From NCBI RefSeq assembly GCF_006345805.1, contig NC_042997.1, positions 172,670,001-172,734,000 of the forward strand: a stretch of 64,000 nucleotides of DNA. The letters run 5' to 3'. The notes under the pieces are model-generated. The model worked only from the letters and a program-made list of their open reading frames with translations, searched no databases and had not been told where the DNA came from. Every line of letters starts with the position of its first letter. Position 1 is the first letter of the stretch. The stretch is from Octopus sinensis. Its lineage: Eukaryota. Made by a program: the position numbers and the translations under genes. Below are positions 1 through 11,215 of the stretch, in pieces.

Positions 1-94
1 ATCTCACTGCCTTCTTAGGACTAAATAATACCAAAGACAACAGTAAGTATGATGTTCGTAAAGTAAAGTCTACCAAAAATTCTTTCCCTTACAT

Positions 95-557
95 CAGTGC
101 TTCTCAACCATTTTTTTTCTATAGACCCCCTCCACCTCCCTTGATTCTTGTTTGCCCAGATCAGTGCTTTTCAAACTTTTGCTGGAGCGGAACCCCAAGG
201 AAACATTCCACTGGCTAGAGGAACCCCTGTGCAATAATTTAATAGTCTTATGCACACATATCTGCACAGGAGAATTAAAAATTACTGCCGATTTTAGCAG
301 TTTTGTAACTTCTTGCGGAACCCCTGGACTGTACTGGCGGAACCCTAAGGTTCCGAGGAACCCTGGTTGAAAACCACTGGCCCAGATGGATCCTCATAAC
401 CATTTGATATTCAAAAAAACTCCTATTATATTTTTATAATTAAATATTATAAGGAATTGTGTTTTGTTGAAGTATAACCAATTTATTGTACATAAATTTT
501 AACAACTAAATCTCATATAGACCCCCAAGGGCCATATTGTCCCTCTAGGAAACACTG
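95..557. mobile_element. hAT-type MITE (outer), interrupted by a second hAT MITE
   Basis: CAGTG...CACTG termini; degenerate 8-bp TSD ccttacat/ctctacat. Confidence 0.75.
162..379. mobile_element. hAT (Charlie-like) MITE nested in the outer MITE
   Basis: TIR cagtgcttttcaa / ttgaaaaccactg; perfect 8-bp TSD GCCCAGAT (154-161, 380-387). Confidence 0.9.
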
Positions 558-692
558 CTCTACATCATACAGCAATGGTCCCTTGTCCTTAAGAACTTCA
601 GTGAAAGCAGTGTTATTCTCCGCATAGCATAAACGGTGCTGTTGATAATGTTTTGTAAAGATATGAGCTCCAACTCTTTTATTTCTCTCTCA

Positions 693-1590
693 CTTGGGCA
701 AGTGTCTTCTACTATAGCCTTGGGCCGACCAAAGTCTTGTGAGTGGATTTGGTAGACGGAAACTAAAAGAAGCCTGTCATATGTGTGTGTGTGTGTGTGT
801 CCCTTCATCAGCACTTGACAACTGTTGTTAGTGTTGTAGCAGAATGATTTACACTGTCATTATGTATGAGATGTTTTCGTTGAGTTGTCTAGGCTTAAAT
901 ACCCGGGTATCGGCTCCACAAGCCTGTCATTCCAGCAGGTCACACGACCTTGTGATTAGCTGAATTTGTTGTTTGTATTGGTTGATTTCCCGCCATCCAA
1001 TCATGTTGGCGCAACAGTGCGTTTTTCCTTATACAGGAAATTAATCACCAGCTCTAGGGAGTCTTCTGAACTCTACAAGAGCAACAATTCTCAACTGCTC
1101 TACGTCTTTGGCACATGCCAGTGACCACACACAACTCGTCCCTGAAAACGATGTATCTGACACCAGCCAGTCTCCGCTTTCATCTTCTCCACTAGACACC
1201 TGCCTACGTCGTTGCTGTATGAACATCACATGGCCAACAGACCATTGGCTGCCTCTACACACCACCACCAAACAGTACGTCAACTACATCTACAAGATCA
1301 ACAGTCCAGCCTAACCACAAAGTCTCTCACACATTTTGTTGTAACCTGTTACATTTATTTTATTTCATGTATGGCAATCATTGTATTTTATAACGGAGAA
1401 TAAATTGTTGCTTACCAGTTCGTTTCATCTGAAATTGTATATCATTCACAATTTCCTTATTATGCATCTTTATTATAGTGTGTTTACGTCTCCATAACTT
1501 AGCGGTTCTGGAAAAGAACCGATAGAATAAGTACTAAGTTTAAGGAATAAATCCTGGGGGTCGATTTGCTCGACTAAAAACCCTTCAGGT
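693..1590 (+). mobile_element. SINE family A copy split by the 835-1477 insertion
   Basis: Matches other family A copies (gggcaagtgtcttctactatagcc...gacggaaactgaaagaagcc) and resumes at 1478 with gtgtgtttacgtc. Confidence 0.85.
835..1477 (+). mobile_element. Probable solo LTR
   Basis: Starts TGTAGC, ends TATTATA (probably a mutated ..CA); 4-bp TSD GTGT (831-834, 1478-1481); AATAAA at 1399-1404; cleanly interrupts a SINE. Confidence 0.6.
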
Positions 1591-1835
1591 CCTTGTGAGT
1601 GGATTTGGTAGACGGAAACTGAAAGAAGCCCATCGTATATATATATGTGTGTGTGTGTGTTGTAAGTATATGTTTGTGTGTCTGTGTTTGTCCCCCCAAC
1701 ATCGCTTGACAACCGATGCTGGTGTGTTTATGTCACCGTCACTTAGCGGTTCAGAATAAGTCCTGGGGTGGATTTGCTCGACTAAAGGCAGTGCTCCAGT
1801 ATGGCCGCAGCCATATGACTGAAACAAGTAAAAGA
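1590..1835 (+). mobile_element. SINE family A, 5'-truncated
   Basis: Family A body, central TA/TG microsatellite and tail gactgaaacaagtaaaaga. Confidence 0.85.
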
Positions 1836-2149
1836 ATAAAAGCATGGAGAAAGCGGGATTTAATAAAATACTGGAATTTTGAAGAGCTCGCAACCAACTA
1901 AACACAGCTTGTGCAGCTGGAAAATGTATGAAAAGCTTTTTGATGTTCCCATCCACTTATCGTTGGGAAAGGTTTCCAGCAACGTTTATAAGTGAAAACA
2001 TGTTTCATGCAAAACTGTCAACTGAGATTAATATGTGGGTGTACCCCTTTGAAACTGTGCCAAGAATGGAGTTGCTTGTTAGAAAGAGACAAGTTAATTC
2101 ATCTCTCAAAGATGTTGCATCAAATTAAAAGAAATTAATTTTTTTATAT

Positions 2150-2515
2150 AGGTGCAGGTGTGGGTGTGGGGTTAAGAAGCTTGCTCAGAATCTTTGGGCA
2201 AGTATCTTCCACTATAGCCCAGGGCCGACCAAAACCTTGTGAGGGGGATTTGGTTGATGGAAAGAGAAACCCGCTGTATATCTTTGTGCGTGGTGTATGT
2301 TACATGTGTGTTTGTGCTGTGTTTGACCCTCAGCACCGCTTGACAACCGATGATGGTTTGTTTACGTCTTAGTAACTTAGCCGGAACTTAAAAGGAGACC
2401 GACAGAATAAGTACCAAGATTAGAAAAAAGTACTGGAGTCAATTTTTTCGATGAAACTCTTGAATGCGGTGCCCCAGCATGGCCGCAGCCCAATGGCTGG
2501 AACACGTAAAAAAAG
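2150..2515 (+). mobile_element. SINE family A (diverged)
   Basis: Head ggtgcaggtgtgggtgtggggttaagaagcttgc, plus family body and tail. Confidence 0.8.
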
Positions 2516-2578
2516 ATAATGCCAGGAATTTTCACAGAGGGAATAATCAATTATATCAACTCTCATACTTAACTGGTA

Positions 2579-2990
2579 TTGGGCCGTTCGGAAAGTTCTA
2601 AATGTTTTTGAAGATCAGAAATAAAACAAAATTATTTGCATTACAATAATTTTTATTCATCAAAATACCCTCCAGTTTTGTTAATGATTCTAGTCCATTT
2701 ATTGAGCAGCTTCAAAATTCCATCTGCCGGTGGCACGTAAAAAGCACCCACTACACTCACGGAGTGGTTGGCGTTAGGAAGGGCATCCAGCTGTAGAAAC
2801 ACTGCCAGATCAGACTGGAGCCTTGTGCAGCCTCCTAGCTTCCCAGACCCCGATCGAACCGTCCAATCCATGGAAAACAGACGTTAAATTATGATGATGA
2901 TAGAAATGAACTGTCTTGGGAAAAAAAGAAGTTATTAGAATGGTTTTTGATTGCTCTGAAATCATTTTCCATTTTAAAAATTTTGTGAGG
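2579..2990 (-). mobile_element. mariner 3' remnant interrupted by a SINE B fragment
   Basis: C-terminal DGILKLLNKWTRIINKTGGYFDE; TIR-like tattgggccgttcggaaagttc. Confidence 0.7.
2723..2902 (+). mobile_element. SINE family B 3' fragment with (GAT)n tail
   Basis: ggttggcgttaggaagggcatccagctgtagaaac motif shared with about 8 other copies in the window. Confidence 0.85.
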
Positions 2991-3399
2991 ACCTAAACAG
3001 ACAGAAGCCAGATGATGTAATATCAGAAGAGTATAATGGATGCAGAAAGAGATCCCACTCAATTTTATGCAACTTTATGTGGGTAACCAAAGACACACGG
3101 GGTCTGGCATTGTGCTTTTGGAACACAGCCTCTTACCTATTGGGTAGTTCTAGCCTCATCTCTTCTTTTATCTTTTACTTCTTTCAGGCATTAGATTGCG
3201 GCCATGCTGAGACACTTCCTTGTGGTAATTTTTTAATCAAATGTATCGACCCCAGTGCTTACTTTTCCAAAGCCTGGTGCTCATTCTATCGGTCTTCTTT
3301 ACCGAAGCGCTAAGTCACGGGGATGCAAACACACCAGCACTGGTTGTCAAGCAATGGTGGGGAGAACAAACACAACACACTCATATATATATATATATC

Positions 3400-3690
3400 T
3401 GTAAATGTAATATGTGACAATTATTCGATAGCCACGATAAAACTCCGAGTTTTGGATGTCATGGTGGAAATTCACATCGCCATCTCTTCAGTTATCTGGC
3501 CATCGGAAAAAATGCTCTTTTTTCCGATGGCCGGATAACTGAAGAGATGTCGGTGTGGATTTCCACCCCGACATCCAAAACTCGGAGTTTTATCATGGCT
3601 ACTGAATAATTGTCATATATTACATTTACAAATAAATTCCTCTATTTACATAATATCGAGGTCTCTTTCATTCTTTCGTTGTCTTACCAT
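3400..3690. mobile_element. Long hairpin element (inverted pseudo-LTR of a PLE-type element) plus ~60-nt tail, in (TA)n
   Basis: Arms 3400-3512 and 3518-3630, 5-nt spacer tgctc; each arm holds an HHR-like fold. Confidence 0.75.
3534..3594 (+). ncRNA. Type I hammerhead-like fold, probably inactive (G12 lost); mirror copy at 3436-3496 on minus
   Basis: stem I gataa/ttatc, CTGAAGA, long stem II, CAAAA in place of CGAAA, near-palindromic stem III actcggagt. Confidence 0.55.
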
Positions 3691-3721
3691 TTCTATCAAC
3701 ATATATATATATATATATATA

Positions 3722-3870
3722 GGGAGAGTTTATGAAAAAAACAAAAGACGAAGACAGGTGGTGTACAAAACAAACAGATGTATTAGTATAACACTCAGGA
3801 ATAGAAAAAGTCTTTTACATTTCGAGCCTACGCTCTTCTACAGAAAGGGACACAGAAAAAAAAAAGGAGA
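3722..3870 (-). mobile_element. PLE-type terminal fragment with degenerate HHR-like motif (3812-3847)
   Basis: minus strand: cttt CTGTAGA a gagc-gtag-gctc GAAA tgta aaag. Confidence 0.5.
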
Positions 3871-4089
3871 GAAAAAATGTGTGCAGTGGCTGATGGGTTT
3901 CTTTCAGTTTCTGTCTACGAAATCCACTCACAAGGCTTTGGTTGGTCTGAAGCTATAGTAGAAGGCTCTTATCCAAGGTGCCACACACTGAGACTGAATA
4001 CTGAGTCATGTGGCTGGGAAGCAAGCTTCTTACCATGCAGCCAGGCCTGCGCCTGGTGATTTTTTCTTTTTCATTCACTTTCTCCAACT

Positions 4090-4450
4090 GATGGCAGTAC
4101 ACATCAGAACTGATGGTTTGATGTGTCAAATTAGCTCATAATAAATAACGTCTTTGAAATCCCACCAGACAACAAAACATAATTTTGTACATTACTTTTT
4201 GGAACTTTCAAAATCTTTGCAAGCTTCTTGGTCATGATTTTTGGTTTGACTTCAATGTTTACCTTCAACAGGTCGTCACTTGAACTGAAATGCCTGCATA
4301 TCTTAACTGTTGGTTTTCTTATAACACCTTTACCATACATCTCACAAGTGGTTTTACGTGTTTCTGTGGTGTGTTCAATCTTATTTAAAGAAAGAAAGCA
4401 TTATGTATCGAATATGCAACTTTTGGTTATCCAGTTTTTACTTTGATAAG
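4090..4450 (-). pseudogene. Decayed mariner transposase N-terminal fragment
   Basis: YGKGV...IEVKPKIMTKKLAKILKVPKSNVQNY resembles the mariner HTH region. Confidence 0.55.
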
Positions 4451-4589
4451 AGATGTCAAAAATAAGAGATATACTGGCTTTTTGCGTGAGATATAATCGG
4501 TAGGGGCCTTAAACAACAATATCAACAACGATGACAACAACAGCTCGTACTGACTTCTGTTTCATTTTCTGTTATTTGCAGTATTGTAG

Positions 4590-4915
4590 CTAAAACCCTA
4601 CCCCTAAAGCCTTAAAACCAGTACAGACACAAGAACGATGTCATAAAAATCAGTGACAAACGAAAAATACACCGCCGATAGTTGTTGACAAACAACGGCA
4701 GTAATTTTATTCAGCTGAATACACGTCATTGATTGGTTGAAATTACCGAAATACGAGAATTTTACGGTGAAATTACTTCGTAAGTATAAGTGTTTCTCAA
4801 AAATGCTAACAGTAAAACATGTTTTATATGACACATTCTACTAGTGTCCGAAGTTTTAAAGTGTTTAGTTACAAAAGATTATTTTTTAAATCTGTAGGTC
4901 AAAAGGTAAAGATCC
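4590..4915. mobile_element. Solo arm related to the 6413-7216 foldback element
   Basis: tgacacattctac...gaagttttaaagtgtttagtta...caaaagg(t/a)aaagatcc terminus shared with 7130-7216. Confidence 0.65.
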
Positions 4916-5584
4916 TAAATTTACTATAACGATACTAATTTAATGCATGGAATTCATTGAATGATTCAGCAAAGGGCAACTGTTTCGATGTTAGACATGC
5001 AGTATCAGCTGTATGCATTAACACATAACACTGTTAAAAGCACGGGACAAGAGTTCAACTCCATAAATACATAAAATATATCAAGACAGAGGCAGATGTT
5101 AAACTGCTTTCTTTAGGTGTCATAATAAAAGGAAAGTGTGCATGTGTGTATTAAGTTGCTTGCTTGTTCGTTTTGCTTTTAATGATTAGGCTAATTTAAA
5201 GAGGTATTTAATTCTATGAGAGTGTATAAAACAGTAATAATTATTTCTTTTATTGACCACAAGGTTATAAAATACTAATAATGGATATATATAATATTGT
5301 ATGTGTATGTATGTATGTATGTGTAAAAAGGAAGTCTTTGAAAATACAAATATATACATATGTATATATAATACTGTTTGTATTATTGTTTTCAGGCAGA
5401 CGTAGTTACAGTCCACTGAGATTCTTTCGTCCTTACAGACAAGTGTGCGTGTGTGATTGCTGGTCTCTGTGTTTATGTGTGTGTATGTATGCATCTGTAT
5501 ACATACACATACATATTTAAATTTGTAACCTTCTGTTTCATTCTTTTAAATTCATAAACGTATGTGTTGGGGTACATGTGTGTG

Positions 5585-5590
<6 letters not shown>

Positions 5591-5616
<26 letters not shown>

Positions 5617-5673
5617 TAATAATAATAATAATAATAATGAAATTATTGTATACAGTGCTCAGGTGCACCACAA
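5591..5673 (-). mobile_element. 36-nt CR1 LINE 3' end plus (ATT)n tail
   Basis: Reverse complement of 5638-5673 is identical to the CR1 3' end at ~26465-26501. Confidence 0.9.
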
Positions 5674-5680
5674 AAAAAAA
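5672..5680 (-). terminator. Pol III oligo-T terminator (T9) of tRNA-Gln
   Basis: T9 lies 5 nt downstream of the discriminator base. Confidence 0.75.
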
Positions 5681-5685
5681 TACTT

Positions 5686-5757
5686 AGGTTCTACCGAGAC
5701 TTGAACTCGGATCGCTGGATTCAGAGTCCAGAGTGCTAACCATTACACCATAGAACC
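5686..5757 (-). tRNA. trnQ-CTG: tRNA-Gln (anticodon CTG), intact cloverleaf, no encoded CCA
   Basis: GGTTCTATGGTGTAATGGTTAGCACTCTGGACTCTGAATCCAGCGATCCGAGTTCAAGTCTCGGTAGAACCT; 7-bp acceptor, 5-bp anticodon and T stems fully paired; A and B boxes present. Confidence 0.97.
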
Positions 5758-6412
5758 TCACTTATAAACATTATATATATATATATATACATGTATATGT
5801 GTGTATACACATACATACATATATATGTATGTGTATACATACTTATGTATATATGTATATGTATGTATATATACACACGTGTCTGTATACATACATATAT
5901 ATGTGTGAGTGTATATATATATAATTTCTGTAATATTTTGCTTCTATACTTTTTAAAAATTTAGATGAGTGTATACATTATATTTTATCTCTGCATATAT
6001 ACACACATAACCGCTCACACACGCGCAGCCCATTTATGGGATAGGAAATATTCTTTAAGATCGTCTCTAAACCTACATTGATTTCATTCTCGCTAAAATC
6101 AATTTTGTCAGTGTAACAGACGTATATTAGTTGGGGTCGATGAAACTTACGTTTTAAGCCAATATACGTAATATTGGATCGGAAGCTGTAGATTTATAGT
6201 CTGGCAGCTTGTAAACAGCCGTTATTACATTACAACCACGTTATTTCCATATAACGTATAGGCGGAGAGAAAGCTATCGATTTATTTATGGCTAGCGGAT
6301 AGTTGAATAGCTTAGTGGGTAGTTTCTATTAAAGACTGGCTTTTGGTTAATCCGTTGTCCAAGGTAAAACCATCACATGGCCATACGATGTCTTTGTAGG
6401 AGTTAACTTTGT

Positions 6413-7216
6413 GGATCTTTTCCTTTTGAACGGCATATGTCAACACAATTTCTAGTTAACTAAACACTTTAAAACTTCGTATACTGGTAGAATGTGTCAA
6501 AACAAAACATTTTTTTCTCTTGGCTTTCTTGAGAACATTGTAATTTGTTTGTTTAACGTAGTTTAATTTTTCGAATTTTAACCAATGAATTGCCTCTAAT
6601 TGAGCTAAAATCATTTGCTGCGTCTAAAAGTGAAACAACATCCTGTCACTAACCCCCACCCTCACCCTAACCCTAAATTTTAGCCTTTCGTTTTTTTTTC
6701 TTAATTGTTAAATTAATTTAAGGATAACAATTAAGAAAAAAAAAACCGAAAGGCTAAAACGAAAGCAATGGAAAATAATTTAAACAATTAACAAACAAAA
6801 TAATTCTATAATTTTATGCTCACGCTTTCCGTACGTATACATATACGAAAGGCTAAAATGAAAGCAAAAACTCAAAACAAAAACAAAATGAATAATTTTA
6901 GACACACGCGTAACAATTAAATTAATTTAACAATTAAGAAAAAAAAAAAAACGAAAGGCTAAAATTTAGGGTTAGGGTTAGTGACAGGATGTTGTCTCAG
7001 TTTTAGACGCAGCAAATGATTTTAGCTCACTAGAGGCGATTCATTGGTTAAAATTCGAAAAATTAAACTACGTTAAACAAACAAATTACAATTTTCTCAA
7101 GAAAGCCAAGAGAAAAAAATGTTTTATTTTGACACATTCTACCAGTATACGAAGTTTTAAAGTGTTTAGTTAACTAGAAATTGTGTTGACATGTGCCGTT
7201 CAAAAGGAAAAGATCC
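6413..7216. mobile_element. Foldback / large-TIR non-autonomous DNA element with internal TTAGGG repeats
   Basis: ~300-bp inverted arms (6413-~6720, ~6915-7216) starting ggatcttttccttttgaacggc; ccctaaccctaa / ttagggttagggttag at the inner ends. Confidence 0.85.
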
Positions 7217-7736
7217 CAATTTACTCCGTTTCATAGACTCGCTGAAATGTAAATATGAATAGATAAGTAACAATAATTATAGTAAATAATCTCTACAAAA
7301 ACAGAAATCAGAAATAATTATGTGGGAGCGGGGAAAGGATATTTTTTTTTAAATGGCGTAAGAATAAAAATGTAGAAAATACATGCATGTAAATTTGGAG
7401 TAAAAATATCAGCCAATTAGCAACACTGATTTCAGACTCAACAGCATTTAGCTATTAAAAGGATGGTTGTTACGTGCATGTAACATTCAAACATCCATTC
7501 GAATATGCTGTGTCAGCTATCACATTTTCCAATCATAAATGCGTTGCTTCTTATAGATCGGATACAAAATGGTTTAACATGCAGTTAAGTGTCTTAAAGA
7601 TATGAAAATATATTGTGTCAGAGACCGGAAGTGATGACAGTGAAACTCCATAAATTCTTCATGAAAACGATACATAGAATTTTTTCAGGATCTTTGAACC
7701 TATATTGTCACACGTGCTCATACAGATATGATATTA

Positions 7737-7975
7737 ACAAGGCGGCGAGCTGGCAGAAACGTTAGCATGCCGGGCGAAATGTGTAGCCGTATTTCGTCTG
7801 CTGTTACATTCTGAGTTCAAATTCCGCCAAGGTCGACTTTGTCTTTCATCCTTTCGGGGTCGATAAATCAAGTACCAGTTACGCACTGGGGTCAATGTAA
7901 TCGACTTAATCCGTCTGTCTGTCCTTGTCTGTCCTCTTTATGTTTAGCCCCTTGTGGGTAATAAAGAAACAGATA
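7737..7975 (+). mobile_element. tRNA-derived SINE family C
   Basis: A box ggcgagctggcagaa, B box gagttcaaattcc; homologous to the 28680-29480 array. Confidence 0.85.
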
Positions 7976-8553
7976 TTAACAAAGCAGCATTTGTTCTGCA
8001 TTGTCACCTGAGTTTCTTCTTGGCGTTCACCGCCTTTCGAAAGTCTATTAATGGATGTTCACATAGAGCAACAACATTTAAGAATGGTTTACACTTCACA
8101 ACTAAATATGCATCCTAAACTAATATTTGATGTCTACTTATCAGATATTGAACACGTCTCTGGTAATATCCTCCAAAGTATTTCGTGTGCATGATTGAGG
8201 ATATCAATTGGACAGCATTTTCCTGTTCTCTTTCTTCTGCATCAAACACCCAATTCCTTTTATTTACTTATCCTGATGATATTCCTGGTGCATGTATTTA
8301 TGAATTTAAGGGATTTTAGTATCGTCACTTCCGGTGCAATTCACTTTCACTTTGTTTTTACAACACTAAACTGTACGCTAACCCAAATTGTAACCAGGTT
8401 AAAGAAAAGTACAAAAATGATAGAAATTACCAAAGGATGTCGATTATGCAAAGATTTAATAACTATAAACTCTAAAACACCAAAAATTCAATAATAAACA
8501 TATGCTCGTCTTTGGAAATTCCACTTTTGAATGGACGCATTAATCTATGACTA

Positions 8554-8657
8554 CTATTTGTTGTTGACATTGAATTCTGTGTTTGCTTTGATATATATCT
8601 TAGGACAATTTTCGTGTGATGTAGTAACAGTCAGACACAAATTTTGAAATATATAAC
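8554..8657 (-). CDS. Candidate terminal coding exon (GYIFQNLCLTVTTSHENCPKIYIKANTEFNVNNK*), product unknown
   Basis: Acceptor ttcttgtacag; phase-compatible with 8748-8823 across a 90-nt intron. Confidence 0.35.
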
Positions 8658-8747
8658 CTGTACAAGAATTGTATTGGTTCATTTTGCACAAAAAAAAAAA
8701 ATGTTTGACTATTCAGGCCAGCATTAAAAAAAAAAATAATAATTTAC

Positions 8748-8823
8748 CTAGAATATATGTTGAATTTTTTGAAGAGGATTCAAAAAGTGTGATGTACGTG
8801 ACATTGCATAAAAGTTTTTCTAC
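8748..8823 (-). CDS. Candidate internal coding exon (VEKLLCNVTYITLFESSSKNSTYIL), product unknown
   Basis: tattttcag acceptor and ctag|gtaaat donor; only one of three frames is open; unique sequence. Confidence 0.4.
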
Positions 8824-9261
8824 CTGAAAATATGAACAGCTAATTCTTCTGAATTTCTCTAGAGCAGCATAATAAAGCATCACGGTACTGATTTACATTG
8901 ATCTCGAAATTTCAGAAAATGCTAATAAGTTTGGTGGACAACAATGTCTGAAGTCAAAAGTTCTCATTTACCTGATGTGATGTGTGTGACAAAAATGGAT
9001 GTGACATTTTCAAGAAACAATATTTTCAATATCTTCCAAGTTGCATAGATCTGGAAGAACTTGCCCTAGTATTGACATCTGGTTGAAAATGAACCATTTC
9101 AACATAACTTTAGAGGTATATAATGATTTTTTCGAGCATTCTAAAAATTTTTGAAAATTCATGAGAACGGCCCCTGAGCATAAAGTTCACTTCCATTTAT
9201 GTTGCACAATTTCTGAAGCAGTCTGTATAACTGGAACTTTCATAGTTTCATACTTTTAATA

Positions 9262-9638
9262 AAGCGGAGGCGCAATGGCCCAGTGGTTAGGGCAGTGGAC
9301 TCGCAGTCATAGGATCGTGGTTTCGATTCCCAGACTGGGTGTTGTGAGTGTTTATTGAGCGAAAACACCTAAACCTCCACGAGGCTCTGGCAGGGGTTGT
9401 GGCGAACCCTGCTGTACTCTTTTACCATAACTTTCTCTCACTCTATCTTCTGTTTCTGTTGTACCTGTATTTCAAAGGGCCAGCTTTGTCACGCTGAATC
9501 TCCCCCGAGGACTACGTTAAGGGTTCACATGTCTGTGGAATACTCAGCCACTTGCATGTTAATTTCACGAGCAGGCTGTTCCATTGATCGGATCAACTGG
9601 AACCCTCGTCGTCGTCGTAACCGACAGAGTGCCAACAA
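9262..9638 (+). mobile_element. tRNA-derived SINE family D
   Basis: Head ggaggcgcaatggcccagtggttaggg...ggtttcgattccc; ~10-bp TSD acttttaata. Confidence 0.85.
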
Positions 9639-9731
9639 CTTTTAATAGAATCTGACCCAAGAAATAAGCTGTTCCTTAATACATCCCATCATGCTGATAC
9701 ACAGTTGTAATAAAATGTTCTCTGTCTACAC

Positions 9732-9915
9732 CAGTGCTCTGCAACTGGTATGTTGCGGAACACTGGTGTGCCACAAGCTGATGCTAGGCATGCTGCAGTG
9801 TAACTTGAATATAATTTTTTCCACGATACTTTTAGTTATATTTTTGATTCAGGTGTACTGCCGAATTTTGTTAAAAATAGTGTAGCGCAAGGGAAAAAAA
9901 GGTTGTGGAGCACTG
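9732..9915. mobile_element. hAT-type MITE
   Basis: TIR cagtgctctgcaac / gttgtggagcactg; TSD gtctacac/gtctacat. Confidence 0.8.
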
Positions 9916-10045
9916 GTCTACATGGCATGGATATAGCGACCTGTCACTGTTGAAGCTCGGTGAGGTAGTGTTTCGAAATACTTAGTAAAATAACTTTTGA
10001 GAACAATTATAAATTAATATTCAACGACATGGCACAGTTCTAAGT

Positions 10046-10383
10046 CAATTGGCTCTCAACGATATTTTGTCTATGGAGCCCTTTAATTATTATTTTATTC
10101 TGGTGAACCCCATAGCTATTCAATGTTTAAAAACTAATTTTATCTATATACTTCTTTCAAAATTCTTATTTTACTTTTCACACATTGTGCAGGTTAAACT
10201 ATGTAAAATGTCAGAAAAAGAAACTAAGTGGTTTCTTGCAATAAATACATCTAAAGCAAAGTTTTTTCACGAACTCTTAAAATATTACTGTAAGTCTCCA
10301 ATTTACTATTTTGTTTGTGGACCCCACCTCACATCTTATATGGATCACCAAGGGTCGCATTGACCCCCAGTTGAGAACAATTG
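10046..10383. mobile_element. Diverged hAT-type MITE
   Basis: caattggctctcaac / gttgagaacaattg termini; similar to 95-557. Confidence 0.6.
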
Positions 10384-11019
10384 CTTTAAGATAAAGTATC
10401 ATGTCTCAATATACAATGTCTCCTTTCCAATTCTCTATTACTGTTAGCATTGATGTTTAAGTAAAGGAAACAATAACCAATAAACTTTTATAGAAGAGTC
10501 GATAAAACTTTCAAGAAAAACTATGAACCACCCAAGAGAGACGCACAGAAACAGAGTAAGACAGGGAGAAAGAGGAGAAGGAGGGGGATTTAGCTGGCTT
10601 ACCAAATGTCCCGAAATTAGCCGGAACAGACCTGATTTAGAGTCTTTGCACTGATCTGTCTATAAGCTCATTCAGGAAAGATATATTAATGTCTAATGTA
10701 ATGGGGACCTTTTAAAACTTAATGGGATATTAAGAGATTATAGAATTAGTCGTACGTGTGATTCTGTATGTCCAATAAATACTAAAACAAGAGAGTCAGA
10801 AGAATGAAAGAGGAAGTTTGCGAAACTAATGCAGGCGTATAGAGAGGAACTAAAGCAGATACTGCGTTAGTTAGAAAGTGGGTTACTGTGATATACATAC
10901 TGAAAATTCTTCTTTCTTTTAAGATACATAATAATATGTATCTCTTTTGAGATTAATAATAATAATAGCAACAACAACAACAACAACAACAATAATAATA
11001 ATAATAATAATCCTTTCTA

Positions 11020-11215
11020 CTATAAGTACAAGGCCTGTAATTTTATGGGAGGGGAGCTAGTTAATTACATTGACTCCAGTGCTTGACTGGTGCTTAATTT
11101 ATCGACCCTGAAGGATGAAAGACAAAGTCGACTTCGGCGGAATTTGAACGTAGGAACTAAGACTGATGAAATGCCGCTTAGCAGTCTATCTGGTGTGCTG
11201 AAGATTCTGCCAGTT
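11020..11215 (-). mobile_element. SINE family C-related copy
   Basis: tttatcgaccctgaaggatgaaagacaaagtcgacttcggcggaatttgaac is the reverse complement of the family C core. Confidence 0.75.

Larger units (their letters stand above)
3155..4057 (-). mobile_element. SINE family A split at its central microsatellite by PLE-type insertions
   Basis: 3' half at 3155-3390 and 5' half at 3880-4057. Confidence 0.8.

Noticed and set aside
6640-6985. Telomere or telomere-fusion site
   Set aside because: Only two or three TTAGGG units, symmetric inside the arms of a foldback element.
9262-9340. Additional tRNA genes in SINE heads (families A, C, D, G, 21300-21376, 61640)
   Set aside because: They have A/B boxes but no complete cloverleaf, and they continue into SINE bodies.
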